DNA of 63,958 nt, the filler included, from Salisapilia sapeloensis CBS 127946 (lineage: Eukaryota; Protista; Oomycota), in assembly GCA_023334545.1 (NCBI GenBank). It is 12 parts of 12 records of this genome, joined end to end, with 100 filler letters (N's around TTAATTAATTAA, not from the genome) between each part and the next. Parts side by side here need not be neighbours in the genome. Positions count along the whole stretch, not along the records: positions 35,255 to 37,281 come from JAADVB010000980.1; positions 37,382 to 40,344 come from JAADVB010000806.1; positions 40,445 to 43,434 come from JAADVB010000803.1; positions 43,535 to 45,356 come from JAADVB010001032.1; 8 more parts are not named here. One strand, given 5' to 3'. Positions 35,255-45,456 of the stretch are shown piece by piece. Numbering within the stretch: the first letter of the stretch is position 1; each line of letters opens with the position of its first letter. The notes beneath the pieces are model-generated. The model ran no database searches. It was not told the origin of the DNA and worked only from the letters and a program-made list of their open reading frames with translations. Made by a program: the position numbers and the translations under genes.

Positions 35255-35456
35255 AGACATTGGCACCAAAGGTGGTCTCTTGACGGACGAGCACGCTCGA
35301 GTGGTCCGTGAAGACGGATCGGTTATCCAGGGCTTGTACGCTACAGGCAACACGTCAGCGTCGGTCATGGGAAGAATATACCCTGGAGCTGGAGGAACGC
35401 TAGGTCCAGCCGTGACCTTTGCCTACATTGCGACACATCACATGAACCAAACTTAA
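35255..35456 (+). CDS. kstD: 3-ketosteroid delta-1-dehydrogenase-like flavoprotein (FAD_binding_2), C-terminal fragment with canonical terminus
   Basis: [66 protein letters not shown], matching the remembered KstD C-terminal consensus. Confidence 0.85.
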
Positions 35457-35661
35457 GAAGAGAAGCTAGATTTCCACAACTAGTCACTAGATTTCCATTC
35501 TTTGACAGTGGTACTCTAAAAGATCCCGTGCTACGGGAAACGGATCCATAGAAAATTAAGATCGAAACTCCTCTCTCTCCCCGCCCCACATCTTCCATTC
35601 CCAGATTCGCGTCCGACATCGCAAGAGAGACCTGAACTAACCTCAACTACGACTAAGAACC

Positions 35662-37049
35662 ATGTTCGGTATGTACCCACCATGATATACCACTTCAAGC
35701 TGATATCCTTAGAGGACGCATATCTAACTATCCATGATCTCTCTCTCTCCGTAGCGCGTCTGCTGCATAAGAACAACCGTCCGCTGTTAGTCGGAGCCGG
35801 TGCCATGTCCGCCGCGTTCATCGCCACGACTTTTGTGGCATCCCCACCGGCTGAGAACTCCACCACGTCCGATATGCTCCAGGACATTTCGATGCGCCTC
35901 CGAGGCATCGAGAAAGACTTGGGCATCGGCAGTGGCAAGAGCCAGCCTAAGTACGACAACTATCCTGTGCTCACACCCAAGCATGTGAGTCTCATGGCGA
36001 AGAATATAACGCCGGAGATCTACAACAAGCTCAAGGACCGCCGTACATCCCTCGGCTACACGCTGGATCAAGCCATCCAGACAGGCATCGACACTCCACA
36101 CCTAGGTGTCGGTATCGTCGCCGGAGATGAAGAGTCCTTCGAGACGTTCAAGGAACTCATGGATCCTGTGATCGAGGGATGGCACGGATACAAACCGACG
36201 GACACCCATCGCACGGACATCGATCCGAGTAAGATTCGCGATGGACGCATCCCGAACTCATACGTTATCTCCACTCGTATCCGTGCTGGCCGTAGTGTCC
36301 GTGGTCTCGCGCTTCCTCCTGGTACTTCTCGAGGGGAGCGCCGAGAGGTCGAACGTGTCCTATCCAAGGCTCTGAGCAACCTGACGAAGGATCTCAAGGG
36401 CAAATACTACCCACTAAGCAAGATGACGAAGCAAGAGGAGCAGCAGTTGATCGACGACCACTTCCTGTTCCAGAAACCTGGCGGTGGCACTCTCCTGACG
36501 AACGCAGGAGCTGCTCGAGACTGGCCGGATGGACGTGGTATCTTCCACAACGACCAGAAGACGTTCTTGGTCTGGGTGAACGAGGAGGACCACATGCGTG
36601 TCATCGCCATGCAGGACGGAGGCAACGTTCAAGAGGTCTTCGATCGCTTCGCTCGTGGCGTCTCGGACGTGGAGAAAGTGGTCAAGGGCGAAGGACGCGA
36701 GTACATGTATGATAACCATCTCGGCTTCCTCTGCACCTGTCCATCGAACCTGGGAACTGGACTACGTGCCAGCGTCATGATCAAACTGCCCTACTTGGCT
36801 AATAACTCGGATCAATTCTATGAACTCTGCGGTCTCTTGGGTCTCCAGGCACGTGGCTCTAAGGGCGAGCACTCTCCTCCTGGACCTGGCGGCGTCTACG
36901 ATGTCTCGAACAAGGCTCGCATCGGCTACTCGGAAGTGGAGCTGGTGCAGACCATGATCGACGGTATCTGGAAGCTGATTGAGCTGGAAGAAGACCTCAA
37001 GGCTGGTCGCTCGATTGACAAGAAGGTGCAGGAGCTCAAGCGCAAGTAA
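35662..37049 (+). CDS. Phosphagen (ATP:guanidino) kinase with predicted mitochondrial targeting
   Basis: Exon 1 ATGTTCG, intron 35669-35754, giving [32 protein letters not shown]. Motifs [39 protein letters not shown]. Confidence 0.93.
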
Positions 37050-37167
37050 GAGGAACCTGTTGATGATGCAACGGAAGTTGTCGAAACAAGCAGCAAGCAG
37101 CAATACAAAGCATTCAAAGCTACAATGAACTCTCTTTTCCACTCTATCATGCTCCTTTACGACAGCT

Positions 37168-37281
37168 CTACGCCTGCTTGACGACTTCCAGAATCGACTT
37201 GAAGCTGTACGGCTCCGTCGCCGCCAAGTCCGCCAAGACCTTCCGGTTCAGCTCGATGCCGGTGCCGTCCAGCTTCCCGAA
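37168..37281 (-). CDS. MRPL20: Ribosomal protein bL20 (probably mitochondrial L20), C-terminal fragment
   Basis: FGKLDGTGIELNRKVLADLAATEPYSFKSILEVVKQA*. Confidence 0.8.
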   Translation of the reverse strand, partial: FGKLDGTGIELNRKVLADLAATEPYSFKSILEVVKQA

Positions 37282-37381
37282 NNNNNNNNNNNNNNNNNNN
37301 NNNNNNNNNNNNNNNNNNNNNNNNNTTAATTAATTAANNNNNNNNNNNNNNNNNNNNNNNNNNNNNNNNNNNNNNNNNNNN
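37282..37381. other. Artificial contig spacer 3
   Basis: N44-TTAATTAATTAA-N44. Confidence 0.98.
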
Positions 37382-37540
37382 ATTCCGATCATCTCCATGC
37401 TGATGGCATTGTATAGAGAAGTGTATCCAAGTGGCATTCGAATCGAGCTTTCGCCCGCCGACGGCCCAAGCAGACGCAGACCTCCATCTAGTGCCTTCTA
37501 TCCTCACTCTCTACACGACACGAGGATCCTGGCGTGAGGC

Positions 37541-40218
37541 ATGGCGAGACTGACGTCTTCGCAGCAACAGGACGCGTCGCGCTCGACCAAGCGGAGGCGA
37601 GACGAGGGGCGAGAGCAGGAGCAGCGGAAGCGTCGGGCGCTTGACAACAGTGGTGGGCAGACGAATGACGAGAGTATGGCGGAGGTGTCGGCGTCCCAAG
37701 GACCTGTGGACGACGATGCGTACCAGGACTACTTGGAGGCCATGCGTCTGGCTGCTGACAATGTAGAGCGTCGTGATGGAGTGGATTCCTTTTTTCTGTG
37801 AGAGCTGACGTGAATGTGCTTGTGCGTGTAGAAAATCACGGACAAGAACGCGTGGTCTCTCAAGACGATCGACCACATGCAGGACCTGATGGACATGTTC
37901 GAGTGCGTCTTCGGATCCGATGGAGTGATGAAAAGTGCTGATGTGGGAGTGGCATAGGCCGGCGGAAGGAGGCGCGCAGAAGATCTTTGACTTCCACCGC
38001 GCTGCTCTGCTGCTGGAGGCGTGCGTGAAGATCCACACGTGCCGAGTGGACGACACGTGGAAGCAGACGTACGCGGTGCTGTCGAACTTTAGCTACTGGA
38101 CGAACCAGAAGCGTAGGTCTTTTGTTTATGTGGATGGAGAGGCGGGTGGCTGATGCGTACGAGTGATTAGAGAGCAGGAAGAGAGGGGAGGAGGGTGAGA
38201 ATGAGGAGGAGGAGGAAGACTCGGAGCATCCGCACAGGGAGAAGAAGAATCGGCGGCGGCGGAAGAAGCCTCAGGTGAGCAAGAGTCGGATCACGAAGAC
38301 GCTCGAGATGGACGGCCCGGAGGTGGAGCCTCTGCGGACAGAGGTACGTTTGTCTTGACGATATGTCGTGGTGTAGAGGAGCTAAGGTCGAGTGGCTGTG
38401 GCACTGCAGAGAGCTCGTTTCCTGGATGAGCAGGGGGCGAAGGGTCTGCTGGGCGTCAAGCTAGGTCTGTACAGTGGCGTGGGTCAGAACCTGCTGGAGG
38501 AGGAGGTGGAGTGGCGGACGAACCTGCTGCTGGAGACGCTGCGTCGGGCGATGGTGGCGGATGGGAAGAAGCGTAAGGAGAGGGAGGATCGGAGGGAGCA
38601 GGAAGAGGAGCAGGAGCAGGATACAGGAGATGGCGTCGGAGAGGAGGGAGGAGCGAGTGGGGAGACGCCAGAGGAGATTGAGAAGTCTGTAGATGAAACT
38701 GCAGAGGATATGGACAGGCAGAGAGAGGAGAAGACAAGGAAGGAGGAGGATCGTGTGAAGGAGGAGGTGGTGGAGATAGGAGCCGGCCTTCCTGGCGAAA
38801 GCGAAGAAGAAGACAAGGAGACAGACGCAGAGATGGAGCAGCTGGAAATGTCCGTCCCGAGCGTCCGCGTGGCCGACCTCGGCTCCCTGCTGGCTCTGGA
38901 CTGCGTCTCGGGCGCCATGGGCGAGGTCCGTCGCGTCTCTCTTTCTCTCTTTTTAACTATAAGATACTGAATCCTGTGCACCCAGAGGATGGAAGGCGTG
39001 CCGGAGCTGGATCCGCTGGAGCAGACGTTCGAGACGCTGCGGAAGGAGGTGGAAGACGAGGACCAAGAAGAAGAGGAAGAAGAGGCGGCAGAAGAGATGT
39101 TCCACACGCCTTCTCCCGACCGCCAGAGAGTCGCATCGGAAGACTCGGAGGACGGAGAGCATGATGGAGCAGACGTGGATCCAGAAGACGCTTCTGGACT
39201 CCCTCTGGACTCCCGCCAGTCGGACGTGGCCGATGGAGACTGGACCAACACGGACGACGGCAACGAAACTGCTTTCGAGAGACCGATGAAGGAGACGGAC
39301 CTGTCGTCTCCGTCCTACATGAAGGACGTGATGGAGCGCGTGCGGTCGGGAGGGGCGTGGAAGTCGCGTCGAGCGTACTTGCGGACTCCCCAGAAGGTCA
39401 AGGGCGGCCGCAAGGAGACGGACGGGGGCAAGAAGAGCAAGAGGGAGAAGAGGACGGGCGTGGACTTTCGGAAGGACCGGCCGGCGGAGATGGAGAGAGG
39501 GGACGCGAAGCAGACGGAGCAGACGCAGGTGCTCCGGAAGCAGCGGCAGAAGCGCCGGATGGACCACGTGCTGGAGTGGAACGCCCGGGTGTCGGCCGAG
39601 GACGCCGTCCGGTTCCTGTCGTTTGGCGGTCGCGTCTTCTTCGACAGACGAGCGGCGGAGGAGGGAGAGTCGGACTCATTTTCGTTCGACGGAGACGGAG
39701 ACGGACAAGCTCCGAGCACGCCTCTGCTGGGAGAAGCGTCTCAAGACGGAAACGGGGCAGAGGACGTGTCGACGCCCGAGCGGGAGGACTTTGACTTTAG
39801 CCTGACGCCCCTTGGAGCCTCTCAGATGGAGCCTCTGACGCCCAGCCAGCCGACGACGCAGGACGCGATGGACGCGACGCCGTCCCTGAGCCGGACGAAG
39901 CGCCGGCTGACGTTCGCGCCCGCGTCGAGGTACGTGAACATGAAGGTGCTCAAGAAGAAGCTGCACTCGTGCGTCCTGGAGCTGTTGGACGCGGCGGAGG
40001 CGGACGAGAGTAGTGGGAAAGCAGGTCCGACGAGCATTTTGTTCAGTCAGGTGGTGGAGCGCATGCGTCGGCAGGTGGCGTCTCACGTGAAAGTGCATCT
40101 GCTCTTCTACGCGATGCTGCACGTGGGCGTGGAGCACCAGTTCGGGATGGTGCAGATGGCCTCGAAGGACTTTTTCATCTACCGGTCGGCGGAAGAAGTC
40201 TTCGGGTCGTCTGGCTGA
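37541..40218 (+). CDS. NCAPH: Condensin I kleisin subunit H (Barren/Brn1/Cnd2), divergent, multi-exon
   Basis: Spliced NKITDKNAWSLKTIDHM..FDFHRAALLLEACVKIHTCRVDD, EPLRTERARFLDEQGAKGLL, C-terminal YVNMKVLKKKL..LLFYAMLHVGVEH. Confidence 0.8.
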
Positions 40219-40344
40219 GCACCAGACGCTGGTGTCCCTAGCAGACCGTCCAGAGTGCCTTCCAGACACACCCGATGAAAGAGGAAGAGACACGTACAAT
40301 AGCAGGAACGAGAAAGAGTGACGATAGTAGAGTACAACGGAGGA

Positions 40345-40444
40345 NNNNNNNNNNNNNNNNNNNNNNNNNNNNNNNNNNNNNNNNNNNNTTAATTAATTAA
40401 NNNNNNNNNNNNNNNNNNNNNNNNNNNNNNNNNNNNNNNNNNNN
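40345..40444. other. Artificial contig spacer 4
   Basis: N44-TTAATTAATTAA-N44. Confidence 0.98.
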
Positions 40445-40795
40445 ACAAAAACGAATGGTCCCTACTACCAATGGAGGTGCCGCTTTATAATTTTATTACA
40501 TGTCGCCTCTCGTGCTCTATCCTACGCTGAAATAGAGGTTCCCATTGCCATGCTCTCTGTAGCATGAGCTATGTCAGATTTACAGTATGTGAATGACATT
40601 TGCCCGGAACGAGCTAGGCCTAGATCGGAATACCCTTCAACATAATCTTCCTTTTTCGTCGATTAGGAAAAGGGCGATTATCGAGGCGTAATACCGATTA
40701 AATTTTTCTCATGTTTGTTCAATTAATGCTTAGTATTCCTCACATATTCGCCGATTATCTACTCAACGAACACGACACTAGTCTGATCAACGTCT
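40445..40795 (+). repeat. Dispersed repeat, right part (homologous to 44463-44795)
   Basis: Ungapped by-eye alignment, e.g. GTGCTCTATCCTAC..GAGGTTCCC..GCCATGCTC, ATCGGAATACCCT, GATTAGGAAAAG, TTTGTTCAATTAATG; roughly three-quarters identical. Confidence 0.85.
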
Positions 40796-41023
40796 ACCCA
40801 AGCGCATCGGATACTGAGCAATAAATGCCTATTCTACCCATCTTCAATTCAACTTCAATAAGTGGATATGAAGTATGTGAAGTAGACGTAGAAACGAGTA
40901 AACACCGACGTGGTATCCAAGCACGCTCACAGTGGAGCATCAGATCATGGCGGACTGATCAATATATTGCATCGTTTCATTTATCCACTATGCCTTCGGC
41001 ACACACCCTCTTGTGTTTGCTCT

Positions 41024-41036
41024 TCATTCTCAAATT
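41024..41036 (+). promoter_or_regulatory. Oomycete INR/FPR-like core promoter of the dioxygenase gene
   Basis: TCATTCTCAAATT about 50 nt upstream of ACCATG at 41083. Confidence 0.45.
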
Positions 41037-41082
41037 CACCTTCTGTGCCCCACTGGACGACATTTGCCTCGATCCTGACACC

Positions 41083-41931
41083 ATGACGTTCCGTCACCCG
41101 ATCATCGCCGTTTCCCACGGACCTGGACCTCTCTGGCTGTTGTCCGAGAGCTTTGCTGGGCAACATAAGAACTGCGATGCTGCCCAGAATGTTCGTGGCT
41201 TATTGCAACAAGCGTACAACCCGAGCGATCCGCTCCCAAAACGCGTTCTCTTCGTGTCAGCACATTACTCGGCTTATGACGATGGGTTCGAAATCTCCAA
41301 CTCCGAAAGCCCTGGGTTAATTTTTGACTATTACGGCTTTCCATCCGAAGCGTACGATATCAAGTATGCTGCCAAAGGCGATCCTAAATTCGCCGAACGC
41401 GTCCAGTCGGTTCTAGCCCAACATGGTCTCAAGTCCAAGACGATGGATCGTGGATTTGACCATGGCGTCTTTGTGCCTATGACTCTCATGCGACCTCAAG
41501 CCGACATTCCGATCGTCACTATCTCCATCAACGATAGGCTCGGTCCAGAAGCCAACTTTAACTTGGGCAAAGCGCTGGCAAACTTCCGTGATGAGGACAC
41601 GCTCATCATTGCGTCCGGTCAAGCTACCCATAACCTTCGAATGGGTATTGACCATCTACCAAAAATCCCAGAAGAGATGGCGGATTTCCAGTTGTGGTTG
41701 GATGAAATTGTCACGGGAACGGAACTCACACCCGAGCAGAAGCAGCAGCAGCTCACTAACTGGCGATGGACAGCTCCTGGTGCATCTTTTGCACATCCTA
41801 CACCAGATCACTTTACTCCCTTCGTTGTTGCTACAGGAGCGGCTTTCGAAAGTGGAGACGGTAGAGGGGAAAAGTTGTTTGGTGGATGGGGAATGAACCA
41901 TCTCTCCTATGCTTCCTACGTTTGGAAATAA
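41083..41931 (+). CDS. DODA/LigB-type extradiol aromatic ring-cleavage dioxygenase
   Basis: IAVSHGPGP, VSAHY, LIFDYYGFP..AYDIKY, RGFDHGVFVPM, IIASGQATHNL, AHPTPDHFTP. Confidence 0.92.
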   Translation: MTFRHPIIAVSHGPGPLWLLSESFAGQHKNCDAAQNVRGLLQQAYNPSDPLPKRVLFVSAHYSAYDDGFEISNSESPGLIFDYYGFPSEAYDIKYAAKGDPKFAERVQSVLAQHGLKSKTMDRGFDHGVFVPMTLMRPQADIPIVTISINDRLGPEANFNLGKALANFRDEDTLIIASGQATHNLRMGIDHLPKIPEEMADFQLWLDEIVTGTELTPEQKQQQLTNWRWTAPGASFAHPTPDHFTPFVVATGAAFESGDGRGEKLFGGWGMNHLSYASYVWK

Positions 41932-42006
41932 GAAATAAAGGGTAGATTGTCCAACGCCATGGATCCAAACTACTTCAAATAAAGTTCTTTCTTTTTTTCT
42001 CTTCAA

Positions 42007-42020
42007 GCTCATTCTTCAAT
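42007..42020 (+). promoter_or_regulatory. Oomycete INR/FPR core promoter
   Basis: GCTCATTCTTCAAT about 30 nt upstream of the ATG at 42050; close to the GCTCATTYYNCAWTTT consensus. Confidence 0.6.
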
Positions 42021-42049
42021 CGGACCGAGTGTGCAGAAGTGCATTTGCT

Positions 42050-43207
42050 ATGGCCAGCTACGGACGTGGATCTCGAGGTGGTCGTGACCATGGAAACCGA
42101 GGCCGTGGACGTGGCAGAGATCGTGGACGTGGGCGTGGTCGAGGAAGACCGATGGACCGCGACACCATGTCTGACCGAGACTTCTCCGGCATGTTTCGGC
42201 GTATAACCGTAAGCAACCAACGGGAGGAACGTAAAAAGAACCCCCAGTGGATTAAGACGTTAGCCCTAGCAAAAGGAGCGGAAAGTCTATGGAAATTTAC
42301 GAAATCTCCTGCGCCTTTAGCCGATCCAAAGGATGAATACCCGTATGTGCTCAAACGTGTACCCGATGACAGCGCGTCGAACAACTCATCCTACTCTGAG
42401 CCACCTACCGCGAGAATCCCGTGGGTCTGCGCTTTAAGCCCGAGTATTGTGACAGACTTAAAAGACAGATTCGATGCGTTGGGAGAAATGGGCTTCAAGT
42501 TGAGAATTTCGTTGGGAGAAACGAGATATCAACTACAGGACTCTGTTAATCTATCTGCCGCACGTACGCTAAGCGAGTTGTTGCTGCTTCAGCCAAAGAG
42601 AGATTTCTCATCCGCTTTCTTCTGTTGCTACAGTAGATGCAGCAAGGTGAAGAGGTTGGAACAAAAGCTCATGGAGAGCGTAGGAGGTCCAATCCAATTT
42701 GAAGAATCGGTGGTTGTCCGAATTGAAGATACATCGAGCAATGACAGAAGTACTTTCAAGTACAAACGCGAAGGTCAAGAGTGGAAGAGAGCCAAGCGGG
42801 GCTCTTCTAAAGATTCTCGTATTCGGTACGATATCTTTGCTGAAAATGGTTTGACCATTCGCATGCATGTGACCAAGCATGTCGAGCATATTCCCACGCT
42901 AAGTTCGTTGGAATCACGAATTCATGTTCGTGGTAATTTAGAGGAGGACGCGTTTGATGCGAAGGTTTTAATGGATGATGGAGGATCCAAGCACTTTCGT
43001 CTCCATAGCGTGGTTCCGAAGCATAAGGCATACATTGAGTATAAAGGCCTCAAGTATTCGCTAACGTACCTTGATCGTGAGCATACCGGCGCTGCTATAT
43101 CTTGTCGACTTGTACAGTCGGACCAAGTGAAGACGTTGCATAAGAAAGCTCAGCTTACTCTTCGCAAATTGGCCGAAATCCTGGAATTGAAGAGATATCT
43201 TTTCTAG
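42050..43207 (+). CDS. Hypothetical protein with N-terminal RG/RGG tract and an unassigned beta-rich domain
   Basis: 385-aa intronless ORF; GRGSRGGRDHGNRGRGRGRDRGRGRGRGR; INR element upstream. Confidence 0.7.
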   Translation: MASYGRGSRGGRDHGNRGRGRGRDRGRGRGRGRPMDRDTMSDRDFSGMFRRITVSNQREERKKNPQWIKTLALAKGAESLWKFTKSPAPLADPKDEYPYVLKRVPDDSASNNSSYSEPPTARIPWVCALSPSIVTDLKDRFDALGEMGFKLRISLGETRYQLQDSVNLSAARTLSELLLLQPKRDFSSAFFCCYSRCSKVKRLEQKLMESVGGPIQFEESVVVRIEDTSSNDRSTFKYKREGQEWKRAKRGSSKDSRIRYDIFAENGLTIRMHVTKHVEHIPTLSSLESRIHVRGNLEEDAFDAKVLMDDGGSKHFRLHSVVPKHKAYIEYKGLKYSLTYLDREHTGAAISCRLVQSDQVKTLHKKAQLTLRKLAEILELKRYLF

Positions 43208-43284
43208 CCGTATGTGTTGCTGGAAGCCTGCTCTTGCAATGAGAGGAGAGTTGAAAGACAGCACGACAGCGCTGGCGTTTAATG

Positions 43285-43434
43285 CCCATTCGGCAGAATT
43301 GACGATTTGCATTTTGTTGTGCTATTCATGATAATTGGGTCGGGCAATTCAGCATACGCTGAGAATAGCCGATTTCGTTTGCTACTTGTCACTGGAAACC
43401 TAGCGAAGCGCTTCAATGCAACTTTCCCACCAAT
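43285..43434 (+). repeat. Dispersed repeat, left part (homologous to ~44305-44454)
   Basis: ATTTTGT..CTATT..GAT..TCGGGCAATTC..GAGAAT.GCCGATTT..TGGAAACCTA..CGCTTCAAT..AACTTTCCC.CCAA is shared with the 44-kb copy. Confidence 0.8.
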
Positions 43435-43534
43435 NNNNNNNNNNNNNNNNNNNNNNNNNNNNNNNNNNNNNNNNNNNNTTAATTAATTAANNNNNNNNNN
43501 NNNNNNNNNNNNNNNNNNNNNNNNNNNNNNNNNN
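43435..43534. other. Artificial contig spacer 5
   Basis: N44-TTAATTAATTAA-N44. Confidence 0.98.
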
Positions 43535-44304
43535 CGATTTTATCCTTTTGGGAGGGAAGCTGGTCAGCAGTCCATCCTGCTGGAATCTGTTCGGTGTCTG
43601 TTGGCATGGTGATCTCGTAGCAATTTGATTAATGAGCTTGACTGGATGATGGAACTTGCATCTATGTTGAGTATAAAAAGCGCATCCATTCTTTGCATGC
43701 AGGATGCATCATCTGCTGTTTTAAACCTCGTGAGAGAGACATAGCAAATAGAAATAGTAGAACCTACTCCATCGTAATAAAGAAAAGCAAACAACTTGCT
43801 ACTTCACTCTTAGTCTTGTAGCAGAAAGAGGAGCTGGTTAATTGATCATGACCAATGCACTAAGAATTAGCACCTGAGGTTGTGGTGTGATTTGCATGGC
43901 ACGAAGGATGCTTCGTGTCGAGACTTTAAGCCCCTTCCATCGATGAAGAAAAATTCAATACAAAAACAGGGCGAGGAATTTTAAAATTGTGTCTTATGAT
44001 CGAGTAAGTCTACCTCGTCATGGAGAATGTCCAGGCAATAGCTACTTTAGTCGTTGTCATTTTCGGCACTAAAGAAAACGCATGACAATTGTCCAACTAG
44101 AGGGCATTCAAATCGGAAGAAGTGAAAACCAACATGAAACGTAGCGAGGCAATTTGGCATAATCTACCATAATCATGGCATAAACCGAGAAGCACCCGTC
44201 GACCAACAACGACGGACAGCTTCGCTGCAGAGGTAGGAAGAAAGAATATCACTTCAGTATATTTGCATTATATTTATTTAATTATTGAGGTCGTGTTCGC
44301 GCAG

Positions 44305-44795
44305 AATACTAATTTAGCATAGTTGGTGATTCAGATTTTGTAGTTCTATTGACGATCATCGAATCGGGCAATTCCGCGTTGAGAATCGCCGATTTTGCTT
44401 TGTCGCTTGCCATTGGAAACCTAAAAAACGCTTCAATATAACTTTCCCGCCAAATGAAGAGTGGAAAAACAAGTAATTGGTGCTGGAAATGGGGATGCCG
44501 CTCTATGTTGTCAATACAACCCACCTCTAGTGCTCTATCCTACATTAAAATTGAGGTTCCCTTTGCCATGCTCGCTGTAGCGTGATCTGTGTGAACTTTG
44601 CAATAGTTAAGTGAGTGTTTTTCAGGACAATTTTTATCCAAATCGGAATACCCTACAACACAATCTTCCCTTCTCGCCGATTAGGAAAAGAACGATTCTC
44701 GAGGCATAATACACATTAAGCTTTTCTCGTATTTGTTCAATTAATGTCTATTATTCCTCGCATAATCCCGGATTACCTGCTCTACGAACACGGCC
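44305..44795 (+). repeat. Contiguous, diverged copy of the ~0.5-kb dispersed repeat
   Basis: Left half aligns to 43285-43434 and right half to 40445-40795; no intact ORF in any frame. Confidence 0.8.
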
Positions 44796-45356
44796 TACAT
44801 ACAAGTCTTTTTTTCAAAGATTCATTGATTGAAAATTAATCTTTGGAATCTAGTTGGACTCTCCTGCCTATTGGACAGTTGTGACTATATCATTTGTTCG
44901 CTACTGATTTTCCTCCCTGAAACCTGCAAACGGTTCTTGTCGTATTGCCCAAGTTACGTCACGATAGCTTGCTGCTGCTAGCATGTCTTGCCCATTCCAT
45001 CGCGTGCTACGTCCTGCCGCTTCCAATTGTGAGGCCTACATACAACTCTTTGTCACAACAAAATCCTGAAAGGTCGCACCGCTTCAACCTACCTTCAACG
45101 AAACTTCAACCAGGTGCACATCTAGTGTCAACCCATTTCCAACCGTCGCACTCCCGAAAACGCTGATCGTGATATCAGAGCTGTCGATGGTTCTTGTGTG
45201 AAAAGATGGCCGAGCGTTCGCGCCTCGAGAGTAGCCAAATACGGTCCAAATCCGACCGAGTCCGGAGCTACAGGAAAAAGGCTTGGATAAAGTATGGGTG
45301 GACTTTCCCGTCGCAAGCTTATATACGAGCGAAAACCTTTCGAAAGCACCAGCCCC

Positions 45357-45456
45357 NNNNNNNNNNNNNNNNNNNNNNNNNNNNNNNNNNNNNNNNNNNN
45401 TTAATTAATTAANNNNNNNNNNNNNNNNNNNNNNNNNNNNNNNNNNNNNNNNNNNN
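45357..45456. other. Artificial contig spacer 6
   Basis: N44-TTAATTAATTAA-N44. Confidence 0.98.

Noticed and set aside
34834-35456. ABC transporter + KstD + kinase as a steroid-handling gene cluster
   Set aside because: ABC and KstD are separated by an artificial spacer; real adjacency is unknown.
38484-39805. Long antisense and alternative-frame ORFs over condensin H, and likewise over enolase, DNAJC7 and JmjC
   Set aside because: Shadow ORFs expected from GC-rich biased codon usage; low-complexity translations with no motifs.
40825-41082. Apparent signal peptide (MPSAHTLLCLLFILKFTFCA) making the dioxygenase secreted
   Set aside because: The hydrophobic stretch overlaps an INR/FPR-like element (41024-41036), and an ACCATG at 41083 matches the family's normal start. 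A pyrimidine-rich leader simply translates as F/L/S.
40445-44795. Alternative genetic code (TAA/TAG = Gln) suggested by stops shared between repeat copies
   Set aside because: Shared stops occur in several frames, some copies have CAG opposite TAG (ordinary C-to-T decay), and all neighbouring genes use TAA/TAG as stops.
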